64,000 nt of DNA from an uncultured Planctomycetaceae bacterium. GTDB taxonomy: Bacteria; Planctomycetota; Planctomycetia; Isosphaerales; Isosphaeraceae. The notes under the pieces were generated by a model that had not been told where the DNA came from, ran no database searches, and was given only the letters and a program-made list of their open reading frames with translations. Every line of letters begins with the position of its first letter. Position 1 is the stretch's first letter. The position numbers were made by a program, and so were the translations under genes. Shown here in pieces: positions 10,053 through 20,548 of the stretch. Location: assembly GCA_963833985.1 (NCBI GenBank), contig CAWIAD010000001.1, positions 3,424,001 through 3,488,000 on the forward strand, written 5' to 3'.

Positions 10053-12085
10053 TTAGTTGCCTGGCGCGGTGTCTTCGACGATGCGCACCACGTCGGCCAT
10101 GATCCGGTTTAATTCGAAGTCCTTCGGCGTGTAGACCTCGGCGACGCCGGCATCTTTCAAGGCGCTGGCGTCCTGCGGTGGAATAATGCCGCCGACCACG
10201 ACCGGCACGTCGTCGATGCCGGCCTCCTTCATGCGCGCCATGACGTCGTGCACCAGTAGCAGGTGCGACCCGGACAGAATCGAAAGGCCGATGACGTGCA
10301 CGTTCTTTTCGGCCGCCGCCGCCGCGATAGCCTCCGCCGTCAGACGGATGCCGTCATAGACAACGTCCATGCCGGCGTCGCGGGCGCGAGCGGCGATTTG
10401 CTCGGCGCCGTTGGAGTGGCCGTCGAGGCCCGGCTTGCCGATCAGGAACTTCAGGCGCCGGCCGAGCTTCCTTGAAACGCGATCGACTTCGGCGCGGATG
10501 TCGTCGAGCCCTTCGGCATCGTTGCGCATCGCGGTGCCGACGCCGGTCGGCGCCCGGTATTCGCCGAACGCGGAGCGTAGCGCGAAGCCCCATTCGCCGG
10601 TGGTGACGCCGGCCTTCGCGCAGACGATCGACGGCGGCATGATATTGGCGCCGGTTTGCGCCGCCTGGCGCAAAGCTGCCAGCGCGGCGGCGACCGCATC
10701 GTTGTCGCGCTCGGCGCGCCACGCCGTGAGCCGTGCGATCTGGCCGATCTCCGCTTCCTCCGAGACGGTCAGTACCGCGTCCGCTGCATCCGCCAGCGGC
10801 GATGGTTCGGTTTCGACAAAACGGTTGACGCCGACCACGGTCTGTTCGCCGCGCTCGATTGCTTCGACACGTCGCGAATTCGAACTCGACGAGTTGTTGC
10901 TTGAGATAGCCGGATTCGACGGCCGCGACCGTGCCGCCCATTTGTTCGATCTGCCGGAGCTCTTCCTTTGCCGCTTTCTTCAGGTCCGCGACCTTGGCGG
11001 CGATGACCGGCGAGCCGTCGAAAATGTCGCCATATTCCAGCAGGTCGGTCTCGTAGGCGAGGATCTGCTGCATGCGCAGTGACCATTGCTGATCCCACGG
11101 CCGCGGCAGTCCAAGCGCCTCGTTCCAGGCCGGAAGTTGCACGGCGCGCGCGCGGGCGTCCTTCGACAGCGTCACCGCAAGCATTTCGAGGAGAATACGG
11201 GCGACATTGTTCTCCGGCTGCTGCTCGGTCAAGCCGAGCGAGTTGACTTGCACGCCATAGCGGAAGCGCCGGTGCTTTAAATCGGTCACGCCGTAGCGTT
11301 CGTGCGTGATCTCGTCCCACAGCTCGGTGAAGGCGCGCAGCTTGCAGACTTCGGTGATGAAACGCAGTCCGGCATTGACGAAGAACGAAATACGCCCGAC
11401 CACCTCGCCGAATTCATCTTCGGCGCATTCGCCCGGACGCCTTTACCGCGTCCAGCACGCCGATGGCGGTGGCAAGCGCGAAGGCCAGCTCCTGCACCGG
11501 GGTCGCGCCGGCTTCCTGCAGGTGATAGGAGCAGACATTCATCGGATTCCACTTCGGCATCTCCTTGGTCGTGAACAGGATCACGTCCTTGGTGAGCCGC
11601 ATCGACGGGGCGGGCGGAAATACATACGTGCCGCGCGAAAGATATTCCTTGATGATGTCGTTCTGCGTCGTGCCGGTAAGCTTGGTGCGCGGCACGCTTT
11701 GCTCGTCGGCGAGCGCCACATAGAGCGCCAACAGCCACGCGGCGGTGGCATTGATCGTCATCGACGTGTTCATCGCGCCGAGCGGGATGCCGTCGAACAG
11801 CATGCGCATGTCGCCGATATGCGAGATCGGCACGCCGACCTTGCCGACTTCGCCTTTGGCTAACGGATGATCGGCGTCGTATCCGGTCTGCGTCGGCAGG
11901 TCGAAGGCGACCGAGAGGCCGGTCTGCCCTTTGCCCAGATTCTTCCGGTAAAGCTCATTCGAGGCCGCGGCGGTCGAATGCCCGGCATAAGTCCGGAATA
12001 TCCAAGGCTTATCGCCTCGTAAGGGCTTATCGCCTCGTAAAGGCTTGTCGCCTCGTACCTCGTCGCGGCGCGGCTGATCGTCCAT
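10053..12085 (-). CDS. ecm: Ethylmalonyl-CoA mutase (MeaA/Ecm), frameshifts near 10880 and 11435
   Basis: KPWIFRTYAGHS, GLSVAFDLPTQTGYD, QNDIIKEYLSRGT, RFRYGVQVNSLGLTEQQPENN, B12 motif GKPGLDGHSNG; located near ccr. Confidence 0.9.
12004..12057. repeat. 18-bp in-frame tandem repeat x3 at the ecm N-terminus
   Basis: A(A/G)GGCTT(A/G)TCGCCTCGTA x3, encoding RGDKPL-RGDKPL-RGDKPW. Confidence 0.9.
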
Positions 12086-12128
12086 CGGGCCGTCAAGGTA
12101 TTTAAGTACATTCAATGTGACGCGTATT

Positions 12129-12146
12129 TTATTGCGACGCAACATT
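12129..12146. promoter_or_regulatory. PhaR-like operator upstream of ecm
   Basis: TTATTGCGACGCAACATT; core TGC-N3-GCA; a near-identical copy lies upstream of ccr. Confidence 0.55.
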
Positions 12147-12245
12147 AAGCATATTCATGCCGCTTAAAGCATAGTCATGCCGCTTACCCGATTTTAACCA
12201 TCGGGTTTCCCGGGCTTTAACGGTCTGCCGGGCCAGTTTGCCGGC

Positions 12246-13238
12246 ATGCAAGCAGCATCCGTCATAACGTCCGACGAAACCGAAGCGGCCTGGCGTTTCT
12301 TCCTGTTTAACTGGATCGTCGTCGGCACGTTGGCCGCGATGCTGGCGTTCAGCGTTTTGGTCACGGATTTCTCCATCGCCCCGGTTGGGGTGTTGATCGC
12401 CGTCGGCTATGTCGGCCTTTACGCAGGCTTCGCGCACGCCAACGCTCGCTCGCCGACGCGACGCGATCCGCAAGTCATGTTCGTGCTCGGCGCCACCGCG
12501 CAGATCGTGCTGACCACGGCGGTCATGGCGCCGATGACCTATGTCGCTGCAGCCATCAATTTACCCATGCAGGACTCCGCTTTGCTCGCCGCGGATCGAG
12601 CGATGGGGCTCGACTGGGCTGCCTATGTCCATTTCGTCGACGATCGTCCATCGCTCGCGAGCTGGCTGAATGTAGGCTACGCGATGATCGGTTGGCCGCT
12701 CTTTGCCATACCGGTCGTGCTAGCCGCGAACCGGCGCTATCAGCGCATCGAAGAATTCACTTTCGCTTTTGGCGTGGCTCTTGCCGCCACGACCATCATC
12801 TCGGCGCTGGTGCCGGCAATCGGCGTCTATCACGAGATCGGGCTCGATCCCGCCAGTCTCAAAAATATCAATCCGGGCGCCTATCTCGATCAGCTGCGCG
12901 ATCTGCCTCCGACTCGCGAGGGCGTGTTGCGCCATCTCGAGCTTTTGGGGCTCGGCGGCATTGTTACCTTCCCCAGTTTTCACGCGGCGTCTGCCGTGCT
13001 GTTCGGCTGGGCTTTGTGGACGATCCGCTGGCTGCGGCCGCTCGCGCTGTTGGTCAACGCCGCCATGCTGGCGGCGACGCCGCTCAACGGCGGCCACTAT
13101 TTCATTGACCTCATCGGTGGCGTGGTGGTTGCGGCGCTGGCGATCGTTGCGGCGCGGCGGGTCGGGCAGATCATCGCGCGCCGGCAAAGCGGCTTCGACC
13201 TCGCTCCGCCGGTGCCTGCTATGGTTCCTGCGGAGTAA
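12246..13238 (+). CDS. PAP2-superfamily membrane protein (AUR1/PAP2_3-like)
   Basis: Multiple TM helices; TFPSFHAA (C2) and GGHYFIDLIGG (C3) motifs. Confidence 0.85.
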   Translation: MQAASVITSDETEAAWRFFLFNWIVVGTLAAMLAFSVLVTDFSIAPVGVLIAVGYVGLYAGFAHANARSPTRRDPQVMFVLGATAQIVLTTAVMAPMTYVAAAINLPMQDSALLAADRAMGLDWAAYVHFVDDRPSLASWLNVGYAMIGWPLFAIPVVLAANRRYQRIEEFTFAFGVALAATTIISALVPAIGVYHEIGLDPASLKNINPGAYLDQLRDLPPTREGVLRHLELLGLGGIVTFPSFHAASAVLFGWALWTIRWLRPLALLVNAAMLAATPLNGGHYFIDLIGGVVVAALAIVAARRVGQIIARRQSGFDLAPPVPAMVPAE

Positions 13239-14409
13239 GGCGGGTAACCGCAAGCGCGCGCTGCGCCACCAGAACTAGCACGATCAATACCGCGGCAAGC
13301 CCGACCTGGGTCTTGATGTAAGGGAAAATCAGGATAAGCGCACCGGCGGCGCCAAGTCCGGCCACCTCGCTGGGGCGAAAGCCCTGTTCCAGAGCAAATC
13401 GCAGCAAAAACGCCACCGCGACCGCGAGCACCACCAGATCGTACATATAGAGGTAAGGCGTAACGACGAGCGTGCCGGCGGCGAGCGCCGCGGCCTTAAG
13501 ATCGAAAGGCGCGCGGCTGCGCCACAGGCCGGTGACCGCGACGGCGACCGCGAGGCTGCCGGCTGCCTGAATGGTCCATGCCAATTGCTCGCTGCCGCCG
13601 CATGAGCGGACCAGGCCGAACAGGCTTTGCAAGCAATTCCAGTCGGCATGGCCTTCAGTCAGCACGACCCGGCTTGTGATCGGCATCCAGTGGACAAAGG
13701 CTTCCCAACTGGCGCTGCCGAAAACGAGCCACGATAGAACAGCAAGGCTGACCGCGACGAACGCTGCCACTGCAATTGTGTGCCAGCGCCGATCGGCGAT
13801 TAGCACCAGCGGAAACAACAAGCCGAACTGGGGTTTGTAGGTGAGGAGCCCGAGACAGACGCCGGCGAGTGCCGGTCGCCTTTCCAGGAGCCCAAGCGTG
13901 CCGCCGATGAGTGCGGCGGTGAGGAAACCGTTTTGGCCGGCGGTTATGTTCCAGATCGTGGCGGGAAATCCGAGCGCAACCAGAATGCCGGTGCGCCGGC
14001 CGAGAATGCCGGCGAGCACAGCCGCATAGGCAAAGAAGGTCGCCGCGAGCCAGCCGATAGCGGCAGTCAGGTAGGGCAGCGTCGCCAGCGCGGCGGCAAC
14101 AAAAAGGAATGTCGGCGGATAATGCCAGCCGTAATAGTCCTCGAAGTCATGGCCGATGACGCGGACTTCGGCCTGCTTGTGGATCGGCCAGTCGTAAGCC
14201 GCAGCCGGATTGCCATCGAGGGTCAGCCGCCCGGCGGCGACGACATTGACGAAGTCGTTGGCGATCACCCGGCCTTGCGGGTCGATCGGAAATTCGCCTT
14301 TGAGATACGCGCCGCCGAGAACGATCAGATAACCGAGCGCAAGCGTCAGGCCGATCAGGCGAATCAGGCGCGTGGCCGACGGCTGCTTCGCCGCCGGCGA
14401 TTGGATCAT
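13219..14409 (-). CDS. Glycosyltransferase family 87 (DUF2029, GT-C)
   Basis: ANDFVNV, WHYPPTFL, GQNGFLTA, YKPQFGLL, TPYLYMYDL; polytopic membrane protein. Confidence 0.88.
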   Translation of the reverse strand: MIQSPAAKQPSATRLIRLIGLTLALGYLIVLGGAYLKGEFPIDPQGRVIANDFVNVVAAGRLTLDGNPAAAYDWPIHKQAEVRVIGHDFEDYYGWHYPPTFLFVAAALATLPYLTAAIGWLAATFFAYAAVLAGILGRRTGILVALGFPATIWNITAGQNGFLTAALIGGTLGLLERRPALAGVCLGLLTYKPQFGLLFPLVLIADRRWHTIAVAAFVAVSLAVLSWLVFGSASWEAFVHWMPITSRVVLTEGHADWNCLQSLFGLVRSCGGSEQLAWTIQAAGSLAVAVAVTGLWRSRAPFDLKAAALAAGTLVVTPYLYMYDLVVLAVAVAFLLRFALEQGFRPSEVAGLGAAGALILIFPYIKTQVGLAAVLIVLVLVAQRALAVTRLTPQEP

Positions 14410-14420
14410 CGCCTGCGTGC

Positions 14421-15624
14421 TCACGCCGCGGCGCTCTGCGCAGCGAAGGCGCGGCGCGCGATCAGCGCGGTCACGATGACAATGGCAACAAGCCCTACCG
14501 GCACTTTCACGGCCGGCAGGATGAAGATAAGGATCAACAGGCAGGCTACGCCGATGCCGGCCAATTCGTTGCGCAAAAAGCCCCGCGCGCGGCCGAGCCG
14601 GAACAGGAAAGCCAGCGGTACGGCGAGAACGGCGAGATCGTAGGTGTAGAGATACGGCGTCGCCAGCAGGGCTCCGGTGCCGAGCACTGCCGCCTTCATC
14701 TCGTAAGAGATGCGACTGCGCCAGACGAGGGCGACAGCCACCGCCGCGGTCGCCGTCACCGCAGCTTGCGCGGTCCACGCCAGTGTCTCGTTGCCGCCGA
14801 GCGAACGCACCAGGCCGAATGCGGTTTGCAGCTTGCTCCAATTCGCCTTGCCCTCGGCGAAAACGGCCTGCGAGGATTGGCCGATGTTGCCGAGGAACGC
14901 GAGCCAGCTCTCGCTGCCGAACGCAAACCACGATGCGACCGCCATGAGCGACGCAACAATGCTGGCGGTCGCGATCACACGCCATTGGCCGGCGGCCACG
15001 AGTGCGATGGGAAACAGCAAACCCAGATGCGGTTTGTAGCTCAGCAGCCCGAGCAGCACGCCGGCAAGGATCGACTGGCGGCGCTCGATGAGAACGAGAG
15101 TGCCGCCGAACAACGCCGCGCTGAGAAAGCCGTTTTGCCCGACGAAAAAATTTGCCAGGACCGGCGGAAACGCCGCGGCGAGGAGATACCCGATGCGATC
15201 GCCGATGATGGTGCGTATCGCCGCCAGATAGAGCAGGAAGGTTCCCGCGGTCCAGGCCAGATAAGCGAACGTGTAAGGCAGCGAGGCGAGGGCGGCGGCG
15301 ACGAACAAAAACGGCGGCGGGTAATGCCAGCCGTAATAGCCGTCGAAAGCATGGCCCAGTGCGGCGTCTTCGGCGAGCTTGTGGGTCGGCCAATCGTATG
15401 CCGCGGCCGCATGGCCGCTAAGCACCAGGCGTCCGGCAGCCCAGACATTGACGAAGTCGGTGGCGACCCCGCCGCCATCCTTCGCAACGAGCCACATCCC
15501 CGTGAAGTACGAACCGGCGAGAAACACCGCCTCGGCGACGATGACGGCGAGGCAGATCGAACTCGACAATGCGCGGCGGCTGCGCCGCGGCGCTTCGCCC
15601 GGGGGATATCTCGAACAGGGCCAT
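14421..15624 (-). CDS. Glycosyltransferase family 87 (DUF2029, GT-C), second paralog; probable frameshift near 15570
   Basis: TDFVNVWAAG, WHYPPPFL, GQNGFLSA, YKPHLGLL, TPYLYTYDL; start uncertain. Confidence 0.85.
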
Positions 15625-15681
15625 TGCCCGCGCCGCCTCGCTTGGTCGTGGCGAAGCTAGGCAGGCGGCGTTGAAGAAGCA

Positions 15682-15936
15682 TTAAACGCGTTTGATCAGC
15701 CGCAGGACGATCAGCAGTATGACCGCGCCGATGAAGGCATTGATGATCGCGCCGACGATGCCGGCACCGATGACGATCCCTACTCGCGGCAACAGCCAGC
15801 CGGCGATGAACGCGCCGACGATGCCGACGATGATATCGCCGATTAATCCGTAGCCGCCGCCCTTGACGACCATGCCGGCAAGCCAGCCGGCCACGCCGCC
15901 AACGATGAGCCAAACGATAATGCTCTGAGGTTCCAT
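15682..15936 (-). CDS. GlsB/YeaQ/YmgE (transglycosylase-associated) small membrane protein
   Basis: IIVWLIVGGVAGWLA...GLIGDIIVGIVGAFIAG...IGAVILLIVLRLIKR. Confidence 0.9.
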   Translation of the reverse strand: MEPQSIIVWLIVGGVAGWLAGMVVKGGGYGLIGDIIVGIVGAFIAGWLLPRVGIVIGAGIVGAIINAFIGAVILLIVLRLIKRV

Positions 15937-16066
15937 GCCTTCCCCCGAATGTCCCCTTGTGCCGGGCCACATTGACCAGGCACCGCCATTGCCGGGCGAC
16001 CATAAGGCCTGCGGCGCCCTCTGTCAGTAACCGTTCGGGATGGGAACCTGGCCAAGTCCGAACTAC

Positions 16067-16083
16067 TTATTGCGCTGCAACAT
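16067..16083. promoter_or_regulatory. PhaR-like operator upstream of ccr
   Basis: TTATTGCGCTGCAACAT, 15/17 identical to the ecm upstream site. Confidence 0.55.
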
Positions 16084-16139
16084 CAACTGCGGCACACTAA
16101 AGATCGCAAATTCGGCCGATCAACCGGGAGCTGTCCGCC

Positions 16140-17453
16140 ATGGCCGTCGCGCAAAAGAAACCGTCGGCAGCGCCGCTGAAAGACCTCTACGACATCGGCG
16201 AAGTTCCGCCGCTCGGTCACGTGCCGGCGAACATGCACGCTTGGGCGATCCGCAAGGAGCGTCATGGCCCGCCGGAGACGGCGATGCAGCACGAAGTGCT
16301 GCCGACCTGGCCGATCGGCGATGATGAGGTGCTGGTCTATGTCATGGCCGGCGGCGTCAACTACAACGGCGTGTGGGCCGGGCTTGGCCAGCCGATCTCG
16401 CCGCTCGACGTCCACAAAAATCCTTTTCATGTCGCGGGCTCGGACGCGTCGGGCGTCGTGTGGGCGATCGGCTCGAAGGTCAGGCGCTGGAGCGTCGGCG
16501 ACGAAGTAATCATCCACTGCAATCAGGACGACGGCGACGACGAGGAATGCAACGGTGGCGATCCGCTGCTGTCGCCGTCACAGCGTATCTGGGGCTACGA
16601 GACGCCGGACGGCTCGTTCGCGCAATTCTGCCGCGTGCAGTCGCGGCAACTCATGCAGAAGCCGGCGCACCTGACCTGGGAAGAGTCGGCCTGCTACACG
16701 CTCACGCTCGCCACCGCCTACCGCATGCTGTTCGGCCATCCGCCGCATACGCTCAAGCCGGGCGACAACGTGCTGGTTTGGGGCGCCTCGGGTGGGCTCG
16801 GGGTGTTCGGCCTCCAGCTTGTCGCCGCTTCGGGCGCGAATGCCATCGCTGTCGTGTCCGACAACTCCAAGATGGAATACGTGTTCAATCTCGGCGCCAA
16901 GGGTGCCATCAACCGCAAGGAATTCAACTGCTGGGGCGCGATGCCCAAGGTCGGCACGCCCGAATATGACGCCTGGGCGAAAGAGGCGCGCCGCTTCGGC
17001 AAGGCGATCTGGGATATCACCGGCAAGCGGGACGTCGACATCGTGTTCGAGCATCCCGGCGAGGCGACGTTCCCGGTCTCTTGTCTGGTCGTCAAACGCG
17101 GCGGCATGGTCGTGTTCTGCGCCGGTACCTCTGGCTACAACATCACCTTCGACGCGCGCTATGTCTGGATGCGGCAGAAGCGCGTGCAGGGCTCGCACTT
17201 CGCGCATTTGAAGCAGGCGAGCGCCGCCAATCGGTTTGTCATTGATCGCCGCATCGATCCCTGCATGAGCGATGTGTTCCCCTGGGAGAAGATTCCCTAC
17301 GCCCATGAATTGATGCGCACCAACCGCCACAAGCCCGGCAACATGGCGGTGCTGGTCAACGCGAAGCGGCCGGGGCTGCGGAATTTCGAAGACGTGCTGG
17401 AAGCAGCTTCCCTGCCGGAGCTCACCCGGCAGTCGAATAACGCCCGGGTTTGA
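16140..17453 (+). CDS. ccr: Crotonyl-CoA carboxylase/reductase
   Basis: KDLYDIGEVPPLGHVP, GVNYNGVWA, IWGYETPDGSFAQF, VLVWGASGGLG, WMRQKRVQGSHFA. Confidence 0.95.
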   Translation: MAVAQKKPSAAPLKDLYDIGEVPPLGHVPANMHAWAIRKERHGPPETAMQHEVLPTWPIGDDEVLVYVMAGGVNYNGVWAGLGQPISPLDVHKNPFHVAGSDASGVVWAIGSKVRRWSVGDEVIIHCNQDDGDDEECNGGDPLLSPSQRIWGYETPDGSFAQFCRVQSRQLMQKPAHLTWEESACYTLTLATAYRMLFGHPPHTLKPGDNVLVWGASGGLGVFGLQLVAASGANAIAVVSDNSKMEYVFNLGAKGAINRKEFNCWGAMPKVGTPEYDAWAKEARRFGKAIWDITGKRDVDIVFEHPGEATFPVSCLVVKRGGMVVFCAGTSGYNITFDARYVWMRQKRVQGSHFAHLKQASAANRFVIDRRIDPCMSDVFPWEKIPYAHELMRTNRHKPGNMAVLVNAKRPGLRNFEDVLEAASLPELTRQSNNARV

Positions 17454-17462
17454 CGGTATCAG

Positions 17463-18350
17463 CTACCGTGCTTGCTCCCGCACGCGAGCGATTTCGGCGT
17501 TGAGTTCGCCGCCATAGACGAAAATCCAGGCGCTGTAATAGAGAAATACCAGCGCGATCATCGCCGAGGCGAGGCCGGCATAATAAGTCACGTAGGTCTG
17601 GGCGAAATCCGCGAGATAGTGGCCGTAGGCGAAGCCGCAGGCGAGCCACAGCACCAGCGTCGCTGCTATCCCCGGCCAGACTCGGCCGAGGGTGCGCCGT
17701 CCGGCCGGCAACCACATATGCAGAATGAAAAGCGCTACCGCGAGCACCATGCCGCCGATGGCGAAGCGCGCGAAATTGAGATGGGGCTGGAGCGGCTCGA
17801 GCCAGGGAGCGTAAGCGGCCGCGGCTTTGAACATCAGCGGCCAGAGCACCACCAAAAACGCCAGCGCCAGAAGCGCGATCGCGCTGACAAGGACGTAGCC
17901 GATCGATTCCAGCCGCAACAGCCAAAAGCTCCGCTCTTCCCGCAATCCGTAGGCGCGGTTGAGCCCGATGCGCAGGCTTTCGATGCCGCTGGAGGCGAAA
18001 TAGACTGCGAAGACGGCGCCGAGCGTCAGGACGCCGCCACGCGCGGTAGTGAGTACGTTGTGGATTTCGCTGGCGATCGGGCCCGCCACTTGATGAGGCC
18101 ACGCCGCGAATACCAGTCGGGCGACCTCGTCGGCGAGATTGACCGAGCCGATGAAGCCGGCGAGCGCCGTGACCACGATCAGAAATGGGAATACCGCCAT
18201 CAAGATCGACAGCGCGATGTGGCTGGCAATCGCCCAGCCGTCATCGCGGTTGAAGCGAAGGAACGCCTCAAATGCGACGTGAAAACAAAGGCGGATGGTG
18301 GGCAATGCGGGGGCTGCCTCGGCGGGGTTCTGCCGCAACAGATACGTCAT
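17463..18350 (-). CDS. YihY/BrkB family membrane protein
   Basis: DDGWAIASHIALSILMAVFPFL, GLNRAYG, YAGLASAMIALVFLY...GGELNA. Confidence 0.9.
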   Translation of the reverse strand: MTYLLRQNPAEAAPALPTIRLCFHVAFEAFLRFNRDDGWAIASHIALSILMAVFPFLIVVTALAGFIGSVNLADEVARLVFAAWPHQVAGPIASEIHNVLTTARGGVLTLGAVFAVYFASSGIESLRIGLNRAYGLREERSFWLLRLESIGYVLVSAIALLALAFLVVLWPLMFKAAAAYAPWLEPLQPHLNFARFAIGGMVLAVALFILHMWLPAGRRTLGRVWPGIAATLVLWLACGFAYGHYLADFAQTYVTYYAGLASAMIALVFLYYSAWIFVYGGELNAEIARVREQAR

Positions 18351-18409
18351 TCCACCGCGTCATTCCATCGTGACCGCTAAACTGTCAACGCGCTGACCGC
18401 CGGGTCGTT

Positions 18410-19180
18410 TCACGTATAGTCGCCGCCATTGTCGACGATCAGGAACTGTCCGGTCACCGCGTCGCTGTCGGGCGACGCCAGGTAGATCAAGGTGCCGACG
18501 AGCTCGTCGGCGAAAACGTCCTTCCTGATCGCCCGTGTGCTCAAAACAAAATCGTGCAACCCCGGCCGTCCCGCCATCGACGCGGCGACGGAATCGTTCA
18601 TCACCAGCCCCGGCGCCAGGGTATTCACCCGGATGCCGGACGGGCCAAGCTCCCGCGCCATCGACCGTGTCATCGCAGCGATCGCGCCTTTGCAGGTGAC
18701 GTAATGCAGACGATGCGACAGGCCCGACAGCATCGTCGTCGAGCCGAGATTGATGATTTTGCCGTAATTGTTCCGGCGCATCGCGGGAATGGCGGCCCTG
18801 GTACAGAGGAAAGTGCCCCGCACATTGACCGCCATGAACTCGTCCCACAGGTCGACATCGATGTCTTCGATGGCGACGGGCGGAATGTTTGAACCGACGG
18901 CGGCGTTGTTGACGAGAATGTCGAGCCTGCCGAATTCTCTCTCCGTTTCCGCAATCATCGCCGTGACCGCTTTGACATCGCGAACATCGGCGAGGACGGG
19001 GTGGGCCGTTCCGCCGGCAGCGGCAATCTCGGCCGCGACCGAGCCGCAATCCTTGGCGTCGGCGACAACGACTTTGGCGCCCTCGGCGGCCAGCGCCTTG
19101 GCGAACACCGAGCCCAGCGCCGCCTTTGGGCCGGCGGCGGCGCCGGTGACGATAGCGACTTTCCCGTCCAAACGCGGCAT
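18410..19180 (-). CDS. SDR family oxidoreductase
   Basis: KVAIVTGAA...LG, LDILVNNAA, YVTCK (YxxxK), GIRVNTLAPG, GQFLIVDNG. Confidence 0.9.
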   Translation of the reverse strand: MPRLDGKVAIVTGAAAGPKAALGSVFAKALAAEGAKVVVADAKDCGSVAAEIAAAGGTAHPVLADVRDVKAVTAMIAETEREFGRLDILVNNAAVGSNIPPVAIEDIDVDLWDEFMAVNVRGTFLCTRAAIPAMRRNNYGKIINLGSTTMLSGLSHRLHYVTCKGAIAAMTRSMARELGPSGIRVNTLAPGLVMNDSVAASMAGRPGLHDFVLSTRAIRKDVFADELVGTLIYLASPDSDAVTGQFLIVDNGGDYT

Positions 19181-19215
19181 GGGTTTCCTCTGGGCTTTTG
19201 CTTTGGAAGCTTGCT

Positions 19216-20349
19216 TCAGCGCAATCCGGCTTGCACCAGCAACGGGTAGGTCACGTTCTTGAATTCCCGCATCCCTTCCTCGTAGCGCGGCCAGGACAGC
19301 AGGACGCCGTCGAGGCCCATGTCGGAAAGCTTCTTGAGGCCGTCGATTACCTGCTCCTTGGTTCCGACCAGCGGATACCCGCCCCAGCCGGCGATGAAGA
19401 ACTGCTTGAGATGCTCCATGGCCTCGGGCGGAAAGGTCTTGGCGTTGATGCCCATGGTCGACAGAGCGAAGGATACGGCTTCCCAGTCGCCCTTCTCGTT
19501 GATGATGTAGTCCTGAAAACGGCGCGCCTCGCCTTCGGTTTCGGCTTGGATGATGTTCGCCGACGACCAGACGGCAATCTCGCGCCCATATTCCTCGCGC
19601 GCGAGTTTGCGGTAGCCTTCGATCTGCGCCTTGTTCTTTTCGAAATCCGGTGAGCCAAGCGCCGTGAAAGCGATGTCGCAATATTTGCAGGCGAAGTGGC
19701 GGCCGCGCTCCGAGCCGCCGGCATTTATGATAGGCGGATAGGGCCGCTGAATCGGCTTCGGCTGCAGATAGCCTTTCTCGATCTTGTAATACTTGCCCTC
19801 GTGATCGAATTCGTCGTCTTCGGTCCACAGCCGTTTGATGACGGAAAGCCATTCCTCAGCCATGTCATAACGCTCTTCGTGCGGCAGAATTTCTGCGCCG
19901 AACATATCGATCTCCGGCTTGTTCCAGCCGGTCACGATGTTGAGAATGAAGCGGCCGCCGGAAATATGATCGATGACGGTGCCTTGTTTCGCCGCGACGA
20001 TCGGATGGTTCATCGAGCAATGCGAGGTCGCGACAACGCCGGCATTATGGGTCGATGCGGCGATGCCGGCGGCCCAGCTATAGGTTTCGAAGCCCGGGCC
20101 TTGCGGATTGAGCTTGCCGCCGAAGCCGCGCCACCTCGCGACCGGCAGCAGCGCCTCAAACTCCATCTCGTCGGAAAGCTTGGCCAGCGCCAATGTATTC
20201 GGCCAACTGATTTTCAGCCGGCCTTCGATGTCGGCCATCAGGCAGCCGTAGTCGAGGTTGGTCTGAAAAGTTCCGAGCTTGAGCTTGCGGTTGTTGAATA
20301 CGGGATTGATGGATCGCCGGTCCTCACGCATTTCTTGCGTATAGCTCAC
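19216..20349 (-). CDS. LLM-class (luciferase-like) flavin-dependent monooxygenase
   Basis: LLPVARWRGFGG, DHISGGRFILNIVTGW, LQPKPIQRPYPPIINAGGSERG, YPLVGTKEQV; GTG start preceded by GGAGG. Confidence 0.9.
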   Translation of the reverse strand: MSYTQEMREDRRSINPVFNNRKLKLGTFQTNLDYGCLMADIEGRLKISWPNTLALAKLSDEMEFEALLPVARWRGFGGKLNPQGPGFETYSWAAGIAASTHNAGVVATSHCSMNHPIVAAKQGTVIDHISGGRFILNIVTGWNKPEIDMFGAEILPHEERYDMAEEWLSVIKRLWTEDDEFDHEGKYYKIEKGYLQPKPIQRPYPPIINAGGSERGRHFACKYCDIAFTALGSPDFEKNKAQIEGYRKLAREEYGREIAVWSSANIIQAETEGEARRFQDYIINEKGDWEAVSFALSTMGINAKTFPPEAMEHLKQFFIAGWGGYPLVGTKEQVIDGLKKLSDMGLDGVLLSWPRYEEGMREFKNVTYPLLVQAGLR

Positions 20350-20548
20350 CGAAACCTCCCTTAGTACGGTGTGTGAGTTCCGCCGTCCGGAGCCGACGTC
20401 ATCCCGGATTTGGGCGAAATCAAAAAGCTTGAACCCGATCCAAGTCAAGGTCACTGATAGCGCTCGTGCACTCTGACGGTAGGAATCGGGCGTTGTGGCC
20501 GACGAAACAAGCGCCCGAATCTGCCGAACGGCCCAACGGAGAAGTCAG

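Noticed and set aside
13219..15393. 724-aa ORF and other long N-terminal extensions (18410-19852, 36816-38615)
   Set aside because: The extensions are alternative-frame read-through over neighbouring genes in GC-rich DNA; the real starts are downstream.
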